Assembly: GCA_951406725.2 (NCBI GenBank)
Contig: OX597817.1
Span: forward strand, 20,584,001-20,648,000
DNA from: Octopus vulgaris
Lineage: Eukaryota
DNA length: 64,000 bases
Reading direction: 5' to 3'
In this document: in pieces, positions 1 through 13,646 of the stretch
Numbering within the stretch: position 1 is the first letter of the stretch
Layout of the letters: each line of letters begins with the position of its first letter
The notes under the pieces: generated by a model
The model's input: the letters and a program-made list of their open reading frames with translations, nothing else
Database searches by the model: none
Told to the model about the DNA's origin: nothing
Program-made: the position numbers and the translations under genes

Positions 1-111
1 CGGCCCGAGGCTATAGCAGAATACACTTGCCCAAGATGCCACGCACTGGGACTGAACCCGGAACCATGTGGTTGGTAAGCAAGCTACTTACCACACAGCC
101 ACTTCTGCGCC
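1..111 (-). mobile_element. tRNA-derived SINE, family A: 5' part, cut by the window edge
   Basis: Minus strand reads GGCGCAGAAGTGGCTGTGTGGTAAG...GGTTCAGTCCC (Pol III A and B boxes), then CTTGGGCAAGTGT (CORE-like). Matches full copies at 21871, 25252 and 42951. Confidence 0.9.
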
Positions 112-765
112 TATGTATGTATATGTATATATATATATATATATACAAATACACAGATATACATGCTTACATATATGTATGTATACCTATAATAATATAT
201 GTTTGTTTGTGCGTGTGCGTGTGTGTGTGTCCGCGTGCGCGCGCTTGTGTGCATAAAATAGAAGGTGCGCATGTATGGACATTGGTTCCGAAACATCTAA
301 GACATACTCCCAGATTGCAACTAGAATCCATTCGTGAGTATGAAGTGATATACGAATACTTATCAATTACAATTATTACTTGTAGAAATGCGAGCAAGAC
401 AAATAATATTCTGGTGAATATAAATCTCTAAAATTACAGGACAATTTGTTACACTTGAAAACTTTCAGGACAATTTATTACATTTGGTAAAGTACAGAAC
501 AAGAAAATTCTTATTTATTATAATATTGCAAGGATAAAGTTTCAAATACGATATTTAGATTCAGAAAATATTAGCTTTTATTAAAACAAAACAGTTTGTT
601 ACAAGTTATTACTTATTACTTCTATGGGAAATATTAAAAAAAATAACTCATTAAAAAATTTTGCATTTTAAAAATGTTTATTTTAACTTATTAACTAATA
701 AGCAGATATTTGAAAATAGGTTATAAAGAATAATAGTAAGTCACAATTATATGTATATATGAATT

Positions 766-879
<114 letters not shown>

Positions 880-1585
880 TATGTGTACAAACACAGAGCA
901 AGACACATTTATACATATGTAGTTGTGTATATGCAAATAGTTGTGGTGTCTCATTTTGCGCTGTTGTACTCTGTCAGGTGTCTTGTCAAAATTATTTTCC
1001 GACAATACGCGACATGGGTAATGTCGTTTATTGCCTTATTTCCACTAAACACCCATCCAAATGTTACAAAGGCTTTTTACCTCAATGAATTGCGAAATTA
1101 TCTCTTCCTATGTATTACACGAATATTTTCTCTCTACCTCGAACATGAAGCCTCTTCAAAATATTATCATCGCTTTCTATTTTCAATGTCAACAAAATTC
1201 TACTAGTATCCCTCAATCCTCGTGCCCCTTTTACCAATCCTCACAGATGTTGTTCTAAGTACCTCTCTCCCTTTCCCCATGTCATCTTCTCCAGAACCTT
1301 GTAAGATTCATATAAAATCAGCGAACGCATTACAAAGCGGTCCTTGATTCATTCCATCACTGTCAAACCTCCCAACACTTGCTGGTTTGGAACATGAATG
1401 TTAAACAGTGATGACGACGACATCGACTATACTTATATATATGTGTGTATTTGCTCGTGTGTATGTGTGTCTGTGTGTGCATGTGCGTGTGTGAGCATAT
1501 ATATGTATGTATGTGTGTGTATAATATCAATAATATATATATATATATAAATGCATGCATACATAAATACATACACACACACACG

Positions 1586-1623
<38 letters not shown>

Positions 1624-2140
1624 GAAATATAACTCAGTAAGAATTCCTACTCATTAATACTAAATCAATCATTGAAGATTTGCGTCCACAGATTAGCTTC
1701 ATATAATACTTATAAACTTAATCCGACGATTTATCATGTGTTAGTGTACCTGAACAGCTTCAGCTACCGATTTAACGACTGCAGTAAATACGTCGATTAA
1801 TCCCAAACATTACCTTGTTAATTGTAACATCCATATTATCAATTTAAACACAGTTTTCCACGTGAGCACTCATACATTAAGGATTAAGCGTGCATTTAAT
1901 TTAAGAAGGACAACTAGCTAACTCTTGTACATCAAGGTATTATATCAGTAATTTGAAAAGTGAATATCAAATTCTAATTTTATTCTAGATATTGAATAAG
2001 CCTATATAGAATAAAATGATATATGAAGTAAGGAAATATGAAATCCAATCAGGCAGACAGATTCCAAAACATTTAGCTCGAAACACAAATTGTAGTGCTC
2101 TCTAAGTACTAAATTGCGGCAGAAAATCCAACGAAACAAT

Positions 2141-2740
2141 GAAGACGGCGAGCTGGCAGAAACGTTAGCGCACTGGGTGAAATGCTTACTGGTATTTCGC
2201 CTGCCGCTACGTTGTGAGTTCACATTCCGCCAGGGTTGACTTTGCCTTTCATCCATTCGGGGTCGATAAATTAAGTATAAGTTACGCACTGAGGTCGATA
2301 TAATCGACTTAATCCATCTGTCTGTTCTTGTTTGTCTCCTCTGTGTTTAGCCCTTTGTAGGTAGTAAAGAAATTGGTATTTCGTATGCCGTTACGTTCTG
2401 AGTTCAAATAACGTCGAGGTTGACTTTGCCTTTCATCCTTTCGGGGTCGATAAATTAAGTACAAGTTACGCACTGAGGTCGATATAATCGACTTAATCCA
2501 TCTGTCTGTTTTTGTTTGTCTCCTCTGTGTTTAGCCCCTTGTGGGTAGTAAAGAAATAGGCATTTCGTCTGCCGTTACGTTCTGAGTTCAAATTACGCTG
2601 AGGCTGATTTTGCCTTTCATCTTTTCGGGGTCAATAAATTAAGTATGAGTTACGCACTGGGGTCGATGTAATCGGCTTAATCCCTTTTTTTTCCTTGTTT
2701 CTTCCCTGTATGTTTAGCCCCTTGTGGGCAATATAAAATA
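2141..2740 (+). mobile_element. tRNA-derived SINE, family B: one head plus three 184-bp body units, with an 18-bp TSD
   Basis: Head GACGGCGAGCTGGCAGAAACGTTAG. Units start at 2191, 2375 and 2559, each with a B-box-like GAGTTCAMAT and GACTTTGCCTTTCATCCTTTCGGGGTCGATAAATTAAGTA (resembles the Meta domain). TSD AGAAAATCCAACGAAACA at 2121-2138 and 2741-2758. Confidence 0.92.
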
Positions 2741-5238
2741 AGAAAATCCAACGAAACATTAATTTAAATGAAGAAATATGTATTTCATATAAAATTTAAA
2801 GAGGAAATTACCAAAATATATGAACTATGGTATTCATTAAATATTTACTTTCTTATTATATTAATTAATATCTGATTAAATAAAACAAAACAATCAAATT
2901 TTTTCTAACGCATATATAAAATACACTAATTACGAATATAAAAAAAATGTAAAAGTATGTCTGAGTGACTCGACACATGTGACTATTTGCACACACACAC
3001 ATCGCATATCTACATACACACACATATATACACACACGCACGCGCATAAACACTCATGCAAGCACGAACTCACACACTCATATATAGACATATATATATG
3101 ATGTATGATATATGTGTGAATGTATGTGTTTGTACCTACAATGATAAACGTATAAACAGCCATCCACACATATATACACACATATGTCTATACATGTGTT
3201 ATGTACGCAGGCGTTTATATGCGATGGAGTGTACATCTCTGTGTAACTCTCTCTATTTCTCTCTCTACACACACATATATAGATAGTTAGATGAATATAT
3301 ACATACATACATTCATATATATAACGCATTATGTTCTATACCGTTTTGGACTTTAACCTGGCGGGTCAATAAAAACGAACAGAAAGTTAAGTAATGTAGT
3401 TGCTACGTGTGTGTCTGTTTCTGTCTCTGCTTGTGTGTTCGTGCTAGAGTGTGTGAGAAAGAGAGGGGGAGAGACAATGTGCATCATTAAATTTGCATTT
3501 CTTTATGTACATACTTTTATGTAAGATAGTGTAATTATAACTGATGACATTATAAATCACAATTACTTCGTCTCAAGAAATCTAAAATCTAAAATTTGGA
3601 ATGGAAATTTATATTCATCAATTACTAAATTATAATTATATCAAAATATTGTAATAAGGGGAATTATTTATATTTTAGTGGATTGTATCATTACTACAGG
3701 TTATAAGAGAAATAATAATTTGTCAAAATATAGAACATAGATTATAAATTATGCAAAAGAATGCAATTATGCTTCAGCAAACGAGAGAATATATAGGTGT
3801 AGCTGTATTTCAGGTCATTGGCTTTTTTTATTTAAACCGACAACGATTCTTTAGAAATGACTAAGCTACGACTCATATCTTGTTAAGACTAATAGATTTT
3901 CATGAATAATATTATTAGTAATTTTCCGTATTTTATAAGAATTTAGCATTAAATAAAGCAGTGTTCGGTTTCATTTCCATATGTTTCATATAGGTACATT
4001 TGCTGAAGCTGCAAAATGAATCTGCTTCATTAAGACGCAATGATTTCTAAACAAATGTATATCATTCAGTGCTGCTTTATATGGTATTTTTAAATTCAAT
4101 TCTTGCGTGTTGAAGTTTTGCGCACACTAGCATTCGTGCTATATACTGATTTAATATGTATGATTTCATTCTTACCGGTCTTAGTGTGACAAATTTTATT
4201 TTAGTATCAGATGAATGGAAATAACACAGAAATGCATGTATTTTACGTTCCAATGATATCATCTGAAGCCCATCTTGTGTCCTTACACAATAGAAAATTG
4301 TCTTCAGACTAGCTTCAGAGCGAAATATGTTTTCCCATCCGAGAATATATCCTATGTACACGAATCTGCTTCTGCTTCTATTATATATTCAGGTTTAATG
4401 TTCCTAAAAATATTGTTATGGAAATTTGTAGCAGTGTCAAAGAAACTGTTACGCAGAACAATAAAGAAGTGATAAAAAGTTTTGCATATGAATATTGTAT
4501 CATATATACAGATAAAGAATAAAATAGGCGCAGTACAGATCGCCTGTGAACAAAAATGTCCTAGTCACCTGCAATGAGATTTTAAAATTTACTAATTGTT
4601 TTAGGGTCTACGTGTTCTAAGGAGGCACATACACTCTCAACACCATCGAAACCTGGATGCCACATGTGCGTGAAGGGCAATACCGGTGGTTGAATGAATT
4701 TGATCTGCTCCAACACTTGGATATGCGATACTCAAGGGCACAATACACTAACCTGTCCGGAAATCTAATGGTTAACTTTTTGATCGATCATTTGCAACGC
4801 TCGTTCAAATACTGTATTTGTTGTTAGTAAATGAGCGTGTATGAACACATACACGGGATACAGATGTACCATCTACCGGTGCTAACTACATTTCGTCAAA
4901 ACTGATCTGAATATTCATTCACTCATTCGTTCAGACATACATGCATACATACACACGCGATATATATACAGAGGACGTCAATTAAACTTGAACTCTCTCA
5001 TTCCTCTGAAGAACTTAAACATAGAATCGGAAGCATCATACATACTGATACATATCTGTGTATATGCATGTTTAAATCAACATTCGTACAAATCTCATCT
5101 AAGTAACATGACATCTTTATTAACAGGAATGTTAACTTCGGTTTACGTACATCATTAGTTTTTCCTCATGAGTGCTTTGAGAAAGATAATTAATAAAGTA
5201 TTTAGGTATGATCCTGTGTTTCTGCTTTTCTGTTTCGT

Positions 5239-5365
<127 letters not shown>

Positions 5366-6281
5366 TTTATTTATTTATTTTTTGGTTTCTTACTGAGGAA
5401 ATATGATCCGTTATTTTCCATAACATTTTATTGGCATGAATGGTGATGAAGAATAATGATCAGCACCGGTAATTATTGCATGCAACCGATACTTTTAGAT
5501 GTACATCTTATATTTGCTTTGTTGTTTTATCTTAAATTCATTTTAATTCCCCTCGCAGTGAATGGAAATGTTTCCTTTCAATTGAGAGGAAGGATATTTA
5601 AATGCATATAATTTTTTTCTGTTTCTCCTCAGTTAATAATACTGGCTATATCTTATTAATTGACATTAATTCCAGTCTGCGACTTTAAATGGTACTTTTA
5701 CTAACCATGATTTTATTATTTTTTATTTTTCTGCGTGTAATTAAGCACAAGGAAGACGTTTTGATCTAATAACACAGCAAGTTAATTATTGATATTATAA
5801 TAAATATAAACATTTGACCTCAAGTAGTTAACATTTATTTAATTATGTAGTTAAGTGTCAGTGATAAATGTCAATCAATTATGGAATACACTTCTTATTT
5901 ATATATAATCTTATGAATATTCTTATTTTCTATCATTTTATAGTCATAACGCAGACAGGATAATATATTTAAAATAGCAAAATTCTCTCCAAGAATGAAT
6001 GATGTCGAAAATGTAGGACTAAATAGAAAATCATATTTATAGACATCTGAAATAATAATATCCCACTAATAAATGTTTGCACATGAAAAAAAGATTGGAC
6101 TTTCATATATACCTGGAGTTTATGAGCTACCAGTTAATATATCTTTATCTGATTCGTGGTGAGTACATTTAAAAGCAATTATTTATAATGTAACCACAAA
6201 TCCACAAAGCGTGGAAGGAAATTACTGTATTGCCCCTGGATAGATGAAAATTAAAATTACCCCTAGCGGGATTTGAAAGCA

Positions 6282-7312
6282 GGGATCTTTTCCTTTTGAT
6301 CGGCTGGTCGATAAATTAATTTGTTTTGTAACTAAACACTTTCAAATTTCGCGTATTCGTAGAATGTGTCATGTAGAAGACCTTTTACTCCTAGCATTGT
6401 TGAGAAAAGTTTGTATTTTCGAAGTTCTTTCCTGTTAAAGTTGTCGTATTTCGGTAATTTCAACCAATGAATGACGTCTATTGAGCTGAATAATATTACT
6501 CCTTTTGTTTGTCAACAAAAACTTCCGGCGGTGTTTATTTCGTTTGTCACTGCTATTTATGACATATTTAATCTCTGTTAAGTTCGTATGAATAAATGAG
6601 CGTATCTGAAACACCACCATAATCGTTCGTGAATTTCTACTGCTTTTAGGCTTTCATCCTGTTTTTCCGCTACTATTTTGAGAAAGATTTCCTCCCGTCT
6701 CCACCCATTTTCTCGCAAATTATTTTTTTAAATTGCCAAAAATCGATATTTTGAAATTTGCCCCCTCCCGCTTCTCTTCCAATTTCTTGATTTTTCACAT
6801 TTTCCTTAACACCAAACCTAAAATCCCAACCCTAACAGTAACCATAAAACCCTAACCCTAACCCTAACCCTAAAAACCTAACACTAACCTAACCCTAACT
6901 CTAAAACCCGAACCCAAACCCTAAAACCCTAACCCTAACCCTAATCCTAATCCTAACACTAAAACCCTAATCCTAAAACCCTAACCCTAACCCTATAATC
7001 CTAAAGCTAAAACCAGTACAAATGCACGAACAATGTCATAAATAACAGTGACAAACGAAATATACACCGCCGAAAGTTGTTGTTGACAAACAACAGTAGT
7101 AATTTCATTCAGCGTAATACGTCATTGATTGGTGAAAATTACCGAAATACGACAAATTTACTACGAAATAACTTCGTAAATACAAACTTTACTCAACAAC
7201 GCTAAGAGTAAATAATCTTCTATATGACACATTCTTCCAGTATCCGATGTTTGAAAGTGTTTATTTAAAAAACAAAAAATTATCGACCTGCCGATCAAAA
7301 GGAAAAGATCCC
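6282..7312. mobile_element. Non-autonomous DNA transposon or foldback with ~280-bp terminal inverted repeats
   Basis: 6282-6565 (GGGATCTTTTCCTTTTGATCGGC...TTATGACAT) is the diverged reverse complement of 7033-7312 (ATGTCATAA...GCCGATCAAAAGGAAAAGATCCC). No ORF and no clear TSD. Confidence 0.88.
6807..7014 (-). repeat. Degenerate interstitial telomere-type (TTAGGG)n array
   Basis: Plus strand shows CCCTAA units with variants (CCTAAT, CCCTAAAA, CACTAA) between the two TIRs. Confidence 0.9.
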
Positions 7313-7983
7313 ATTCATACAAACATGGATAAATACAAATCTCCATATATTGAAAGTTGCATCTCTCTCTCTATCTCTATCTAACTATCTTTCTATCTAA
7401 CTATGAAAATGTTTGTGAGTGCGTGTGTACGATTATCTGCACCTATGTCGATTAGTATGTGTATTCACATATATTTATAAATATTCATATGTTTATAGAA
7501 ATAATGTCATGCATATCTAGAACGTTAACTTCGTCCACTAAAATTTTGTGTTGACCGTCTGTTATATAACTTCAAGTATAACAGAAGAGAATGGTAGATA
7601 CAGCGATGTCTGTATCATCAATAACCTAAAGTAACAGCTTGTAAAATAAAGCATTTGTTCGGAAAAAACAGACAATACTTGAAAAAAATATTGAATCTGT
7701 TAAATCTGACCAACCAGACAATACCATGTTTTCCTGATCAATTAATTCTAATGTCGAAAATAGCCGATCGATTTTGAAGTAAAACGCAAGGAAATTTGAA
7801 TGATATTAAATAAAATGTTGACGATTTAAATCAACCTCTCGCAACTAACACTAAGTTGTATTTGGTATCACAATTAGTTTCAACAGTAATAACTTCAATA
7901 CGACTTTTGGAGCCAAAATATTAGGAATTTACCCCTCACGATATCTTACAGTTGGCATTTTCCATCATAATTTTTTTTTATTT

Positions 7984-8106
7984 CCTGAGTTCGAATACCA
8001 CAAAGGTCAACTTTGTCTTTCATTCTAAAGTACCAGTCAAGTATTGATGTCAAGATGATCGACCAAACCTTTTCCACAACAAATGATGATCTGCCAAATT
8101 TTGAAA
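7984..8106 (+). mobile_element. SINE family B, diverged fragment
   Basis: CTGAGTTCGAATACCACAAAGGTCAACTTTGTCTTTCATT...AAGTACCAGTC aligns to the unit at 2191. Confidence 0.7.
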
Positions 8107-8763
8107 GAAATAATTACATTTGAGTAATATAGAGTTACATGTTATTTTCGCGATGACTCTGATTTCAGGTTTTGGGATAGTAGGGTTCATATTTGTGTAT
8201 AGGATGTTTTGTGTTTTCACTTTTATTAGATTTACTTTACGTAGCTATATATTCTGTACATAGAAACGCTGTTTTTCTATGGTATGTATAGAGCGTCGAA
8301 CTGCTTCCTATGTCTGTTTCGATAAATTTCAGTTTTCAATAATCTAAGAATGACAACCTCAGACAAACCTATCATATTCTTTTTCATTTTATCAAATGCA
8401 AGAAATTGTTCGCGAGGTCTCACTATGCATTCTTCTGTGTTTTATATTCATTACTTTCAGTTTAAATGAAACGTTAAGAAATTCAAACGAATAAAACTTT
8501 TGTAAGATTTGTAAATGAGAGCCAAAAATCGCTTTTTATAAATATGCATTAAGAGTGAAAAATATATACAAACCGTAAGTTTTCTGCAGGCTATTACACT
8601 GCGCATGCGGAATTGCTGATTAGATATTATTATATTATTACTTCTTAAACGGAGACATAATTAGCATTTCATATTCGTCGTGTGAATACTAATCACTCGG
8701 ATGCAAATAGTAACTAATTATCAAATCGAATTGATGTTCGATTTCTATTAATATTTATTATAT

Positions 8764-8847
<84 letters not shown>

Positions 8848-8858
8848 ACATATATATA

Positions 8859-8921
<63 letters not shown>

Positions 8922-9331
8922 ATCCAGTTTGCTGTTAACACAACGTTTCGAATATATGTGTGTGTATAAGGACATGTATATATGAATATATGTTGGGGAC
9001 TCCTTCTGTATAGCTGACTACTGAAGATCGGATAATAGAATTTCCCACGTGTAACTTAACACGTTAAGAGTAAACGGAAGGAAACTTGCACTGTCTACTA
9101 AATTCAAGCAAGGTTGATGGATACGTTAGCCTCGAAGTCGAAGGTTTTCTAATTAACGGATATAGCAATTGAATATCACTTTAGGAAATAGAACTCGATC
9201 CCATTATACAGGTAAATGGTTTTATTAGCAAATACCTGTAATTATGAAAATCTATGTTGCACGGAAACATTTCTAGTGCTTAAAAAATTAACTGCCCAAA
9301 CGTACTCCTTCTTGATGATTCTGCCTTAATC

Positions 9332-9381
<50 letters not shown>

Positions 9382-9499
9382 AACCACCTCGAGGCGGTCT
9401 AATCCTAATACGGGATTAATATTTCCAAACATTTCACTGGTTTAATCCACAACTCGTTCAAGAGAAATCAAACGATATATAGGGGATTGCTATAAGTAT

Positions 9500-9787
9500 T
9501 ATCCAATAAAAGCTGAGAAAATAGAGTTAGTAAATATGTAAATTAATTCATTAACATAATTCAAAGGTAAAAGCTAAATACAAACAAATGTGAGGATCGA
9601 CTGATTGTTTTATTAAGAGAAGACTTGCAAATCCCTAGAATAGCTTTAAGAAACGTCCTAAATTTAACAACACCAGTCTTAGTAAATTCATTTGGATTTA
9701 AAAGATAGTAATAAAAGTTTTAAAATTAAATGAAAAATTTTGAGTCATGCGAAATGTTATGGTCCGCTTGATGAGATTTGTAATCTC
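9500..9787 (+). pseudogene. Decayed PLE GIY-YIG endonuclease (possibly Hydra-type clade)
   Basis: Translation from 9594: GSTDCFIKRRLANP*NSFKKRPKFNNTSLSKFIW, frameshift, LKDSNKSFKIK*KILSHAKCYGPLDEICNL. This matches the PLE pattern G.T...R..H..SF....T.LSK.IW.LK...I.W.IL..A..Y...C.LC. Cut by a SINE at 9785. Confidence 0.8.
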
Positions 9788-9980
9788 TCTTTTACTTGTT
9801 ACATTTGTCTGCGGCCATGCTGGAGCACCGCTTTTAGTCGAACAAATTGATCCCAGGACTTATCATTTGTAAGCCTAGGCCTTATTTTATCCGTCCCTTT
9901 AGTCGAACCTCTAAGTTACGGGGACATGAACGCACCAGCATTGTTAACCGATGGTGGGTGAACAAACATAGACACTCAAG
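9785..9980 (-). mobile_element. SINE family A, 3' half
   Basis: CTCTTTTACTTGTT...GCGGCCATGCTGGAGCACCGC...TTAGTCGA matches the 3' end of the full copies. Confidence 0.85.
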
Positions 9981-10176
9981 CATATAGTACAGTTTTTCTC
10001 ATTTTATTTCTTTGCTTTACTAAATTATATAATGATACAAACACATTCTTACATACCTACATATATATATATATAAGTATATTTTCACATTATAAAGCAA
10101 AGTGCACTCATATCCAAGTACATATAGCCGTTTTATGTAAAATAACACACATAAAAACACTAATTGTCTATATGAG

Positions 10177-10255
<79 letters not shown>

Positions 10256-10807
10256 TGTTTCAGAATGAGATAAAAAAAAACAAGGGTGTGAAGATTTTAG
10301 AACATTTATAAATAGGTTTTGACTCTTTGGTCAAGAGTTTATATTGACTATTGAAAAGTCTGTAGTTATTTAAATAGATATAGTTTTTATTTATATTTAT
10401 ATTCATTACGTATTTATAACTATTTGTTTTATCTTATGTTTGCGATTATTCTATTTGCTAATACATTTTTATTGTATTTTTATATTTCTATATTTTAATA
10501 TTTTTTTATGTACTGTTTAATTTATCGTTATTTTATTTTTAATTATTTTGATCCTTATTTATATTTTATACATTTAAGGATAACATTTCTATGAGATTTT
10601 ATCAAGTAGCCGGCGGGCAAAACCAATAAAGTAAAAATTAATACGAAGTATATAATTTCATAAATACAATATTATAGGAAGGGAATTTACGAGAAGTAAA
10701 GCCACACGCTGAAAATAGACGCCAAAGTTCCTAAGCTATTTCATCAAATATACACACGCGCTGAAATCGAGCGAATGAATAACGGAAAATTGTTTGGGAA
10801 AAGCTCA

Positions 10808-10858
10808 GTCATATATCGAAACGATTTCAAGGTTAGTGTTTCCTTTCATCAGTATGAC
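10808..10858 (-). ncRNA. Type I hammerhead ribozyme motif with intact core
   Basis: Minus strand: GUCAUA-CUGAUGA-AAGG(AAACACUAA)CCUU-GAAA-UCG(UUU)CGA-UA^UAUGAC. Stem I is 6 bp, stem II 4 bp, and stem III is closed. Cleavage triplet AUA. Confidence 0.85.
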
Positions 10859-11349
10859 ATACCCAGAAATACATGAATATAAACATCTATACATCTATGA
10901 ACACAACGTACCCACACAGCATACACAAGTGTTCACACTTATACATCCGTAAAAAATCTATCTTGTTCATCTCAGCCATGTGTATGTTTGATAAGCTAGC
11001 TTAGGACCTTTGGCGTCTATTTTCAGCGTGTGGCTTTACAACTCATAACTTCCCTCTTACTATAATATGGTACTTATAAAATATTATACTTGGTATTAAT
11101 TTTTAACTTGATTGGATTTGCACGCTGGCTACTTGATAAAATCTAATATGGAATTTATCCTTAAATTTAATTGATAAATATTAAACCGGTATATTTTCAG
11201 TGATGAATTAATTTGGTTATACACACGTGGCTGAGATGAACACGATAGATTTTTCACGGATATATAAGTGTGGACATTTGTATATGCTCTGTCGATACGT
11301 TGTTTCCATATGGTATGTATACATGTTTATATTTAAGTTTTTTGGTTAT

Positions 11350-11411
11350 GCCATACTGATGAAAGGAGAGAGTATTACCACGCTAACATTGAAATCGTTT
11401 CGACATATAAC
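11350..11411 (+). ncRNA. Degenerate hammerhead copy, probably inactive
   Basis: GCCATA-CTGATGA-AAGG...CATT-GAAA-TCGTTTCGA-CA-TATAAC. U16.1 is changed to C and stems I and II are eroded relative to the 10808 copy. Confidence 0.7.
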
Positions 11412-11529
11412 TAACCATTTTCAAGATAATTTCGATCTGTTCATTCCCACGATTTCAGCGTGTGTGTATATTTAATAAAGTGGGTGGCTTTACTTCTCGT
11501 AACTGCTCTTACTATAATATTGTGTGTGC

Positions 11530-11670
<141 letters not shown>

Positions 11671-11755
11671 TCTGTCTATCTATCTATCTGTCTGCCTGTC
11701 TGTCTCTCTGCCTGTCTTTCTCTCTCTCTTCATATATATACACACACACAGAAAA

Positions 11756-11803
<48 letters not shown>

Positions 11804-11829
11804 TCACTGTAAGATACATACCTACACAC

Positions 11830-11869
<40 letters not shown>

Positions 11870-12735
11870 CATACATACATGTATGTGTATATATTTCGTG
11901 ACATTATTACTTCTGGGTCATCTTAAAAGCAATTGAAATTTGTGAATATTAATTAGTCTGTGTGCAAGCCAAAATTACTAAACTGATATTTGGGAATATA
12001 ATAAAATGAAATTTTAATTTCTATTCTGGAAATTACGGAACACGTAATTTGTAATTTGAGATGTAAATTTTTAAGTAAACAATTGATATAATATATAAAA
12101 TGTTTTAGTTTAACATACCGTATGTAAATGCTTTCAAACCCTTTTTCGTCTAATCGCTAATCCGCCAGTAGCGTTTCACTCGTCTCCTCTGCTTTGAACA
12201 CGGTTTGGTGTTTTACTAAGCTTTTTTCTTTCGTTCCCATTCCTATATTAAATTTTATTTCCCTTATTATAGCCACAAGACCTTCTTTTAGTGTGTAGCG
12301 CATATTTATCTAATTATGCTTGCATTTTAGCATTTTGCAGTGTTTGTTTTCGTCACTATTTACTTAACCTTCTTGCTAATGATGCCACTAAAATGAATAA
12401 TATTATCGCTAAAGACATGAAAATGTAAGGATCTTTAGACGATAACTGATGAGGAGTTAGTAGTGTCCTGTCATGCGTGTGAAATTTTCGCGTGTTTATT
12501 TGTTTCAATTCTTTTGAATTTTTTGAATTTATTACACACACGCTGACACATGCACATAGACGCAGATATGCACAACATTTTATAAACAAAATTCGAACGT
12601 GTCGAATGCATTTTAGGGACAAGAATCTAAATTTCGAACGCAATATAACTTTGAAATATAGCAGAGGATGATTGGTCATTGGGTAATCTTATAAGGATAA
12701 ATACGCATATATTGGTCCTCTCTTAGCGATTAACG

Positions 12736-12790
<55 letters not shown>

Positions 12791-12817
12791 CTGTTTGTCT
12801 CTTTGAATATGTGTGTA

Positions 12818-12857
<40 letters not shown>

Positions 12858-12892
12858 AATATATATTCATATATATATATATATATATATTA

Positions 12893-13569
12893 CTATCTGA
12901 CCTACCCGGTATTTCCCGGGAAGACAGGGCTTATCCCTTGGTTCCGTTCTCATAAGTGTTTCGCATATCCAATAACAACAACACAAACTATGTAGCGGTT
13001 TTGTGCATTTACAGTTAATAGCGAACTGTCTTCCACAGGATCTTGTTTTTAAGAATTCCCAATAAGTTATGAATACCAAAATTGTGAAGCCAGTTGTGTA
13101 ATAACATGAAATTAATTACTCAGTATTCAGAATTCAAATAAAGTAGCCCTGGAAAGTGCTTTAATGCGTTCCCACAATATATAGAACATAGGACGAAATA
13201 CTAATAAGTAATGTATACTAAAATCGGGAAGCATGTTACGTAATAACAAGCTAATGAGTTATGAGATAATAACAATTCAAAGTAAATGACTCTGAAAAGG
13301 GCTTTTGTGCGTTCCCATAGAATATTACCCTCAGCGGCGCTAGTGTTGGTATATTCGTCAATAAGTCAGTAACTCAAATATGTGGATCTATCGTTTAGGA
13401 AAAAACTAATTACTTGCTTAACGGTTGTAGTGGATAAATTGCAAAAATAACTCTAAAAGTTGAAATACAAAGAAATAAACATACTCAATTCCATTTTTAC
13501 CTAATAATTTACGAAACTGAAAGGGTTATTTCCCTTTGTTTTTACAAATAAAATGTTATACACACACAC

Positions 13570-13646
<77 letters not shown>

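Larger units (their letters stand above)
10572..11522. mobile_element. PLE-derived composite inverted repeat (A-B-A'...B'-partial A') carrying hammerheads
   Basis: A 10572-10756 is inverted at 10980-11166; B 10746-10985 is inverted at 11220-11473; partial A' at 11483-11522. A contains TATAGGAAGGGAATTTAC, similar to the PLE 3' end at 14641. Confidence 0.82.

Noticed and set aside
27-431. ORFs resembling each other at 27, 22032, 25014, 43123 and 46366
   Set aside because: The similarity comes from shared SINE or pLTR sequence read in frame, not from a gene family.
2191-2740. CRISPR-like regular repeats
   Set aside because: The units are contiguous 184-bp SINE bodies with no unique spacers and no cas genes, in a eukaryotic context.
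6807-7014. True telomere or chromosome fusion point
   Set aside because: The array is short, degenerate, in a single orientation and enclosed by TIRs.
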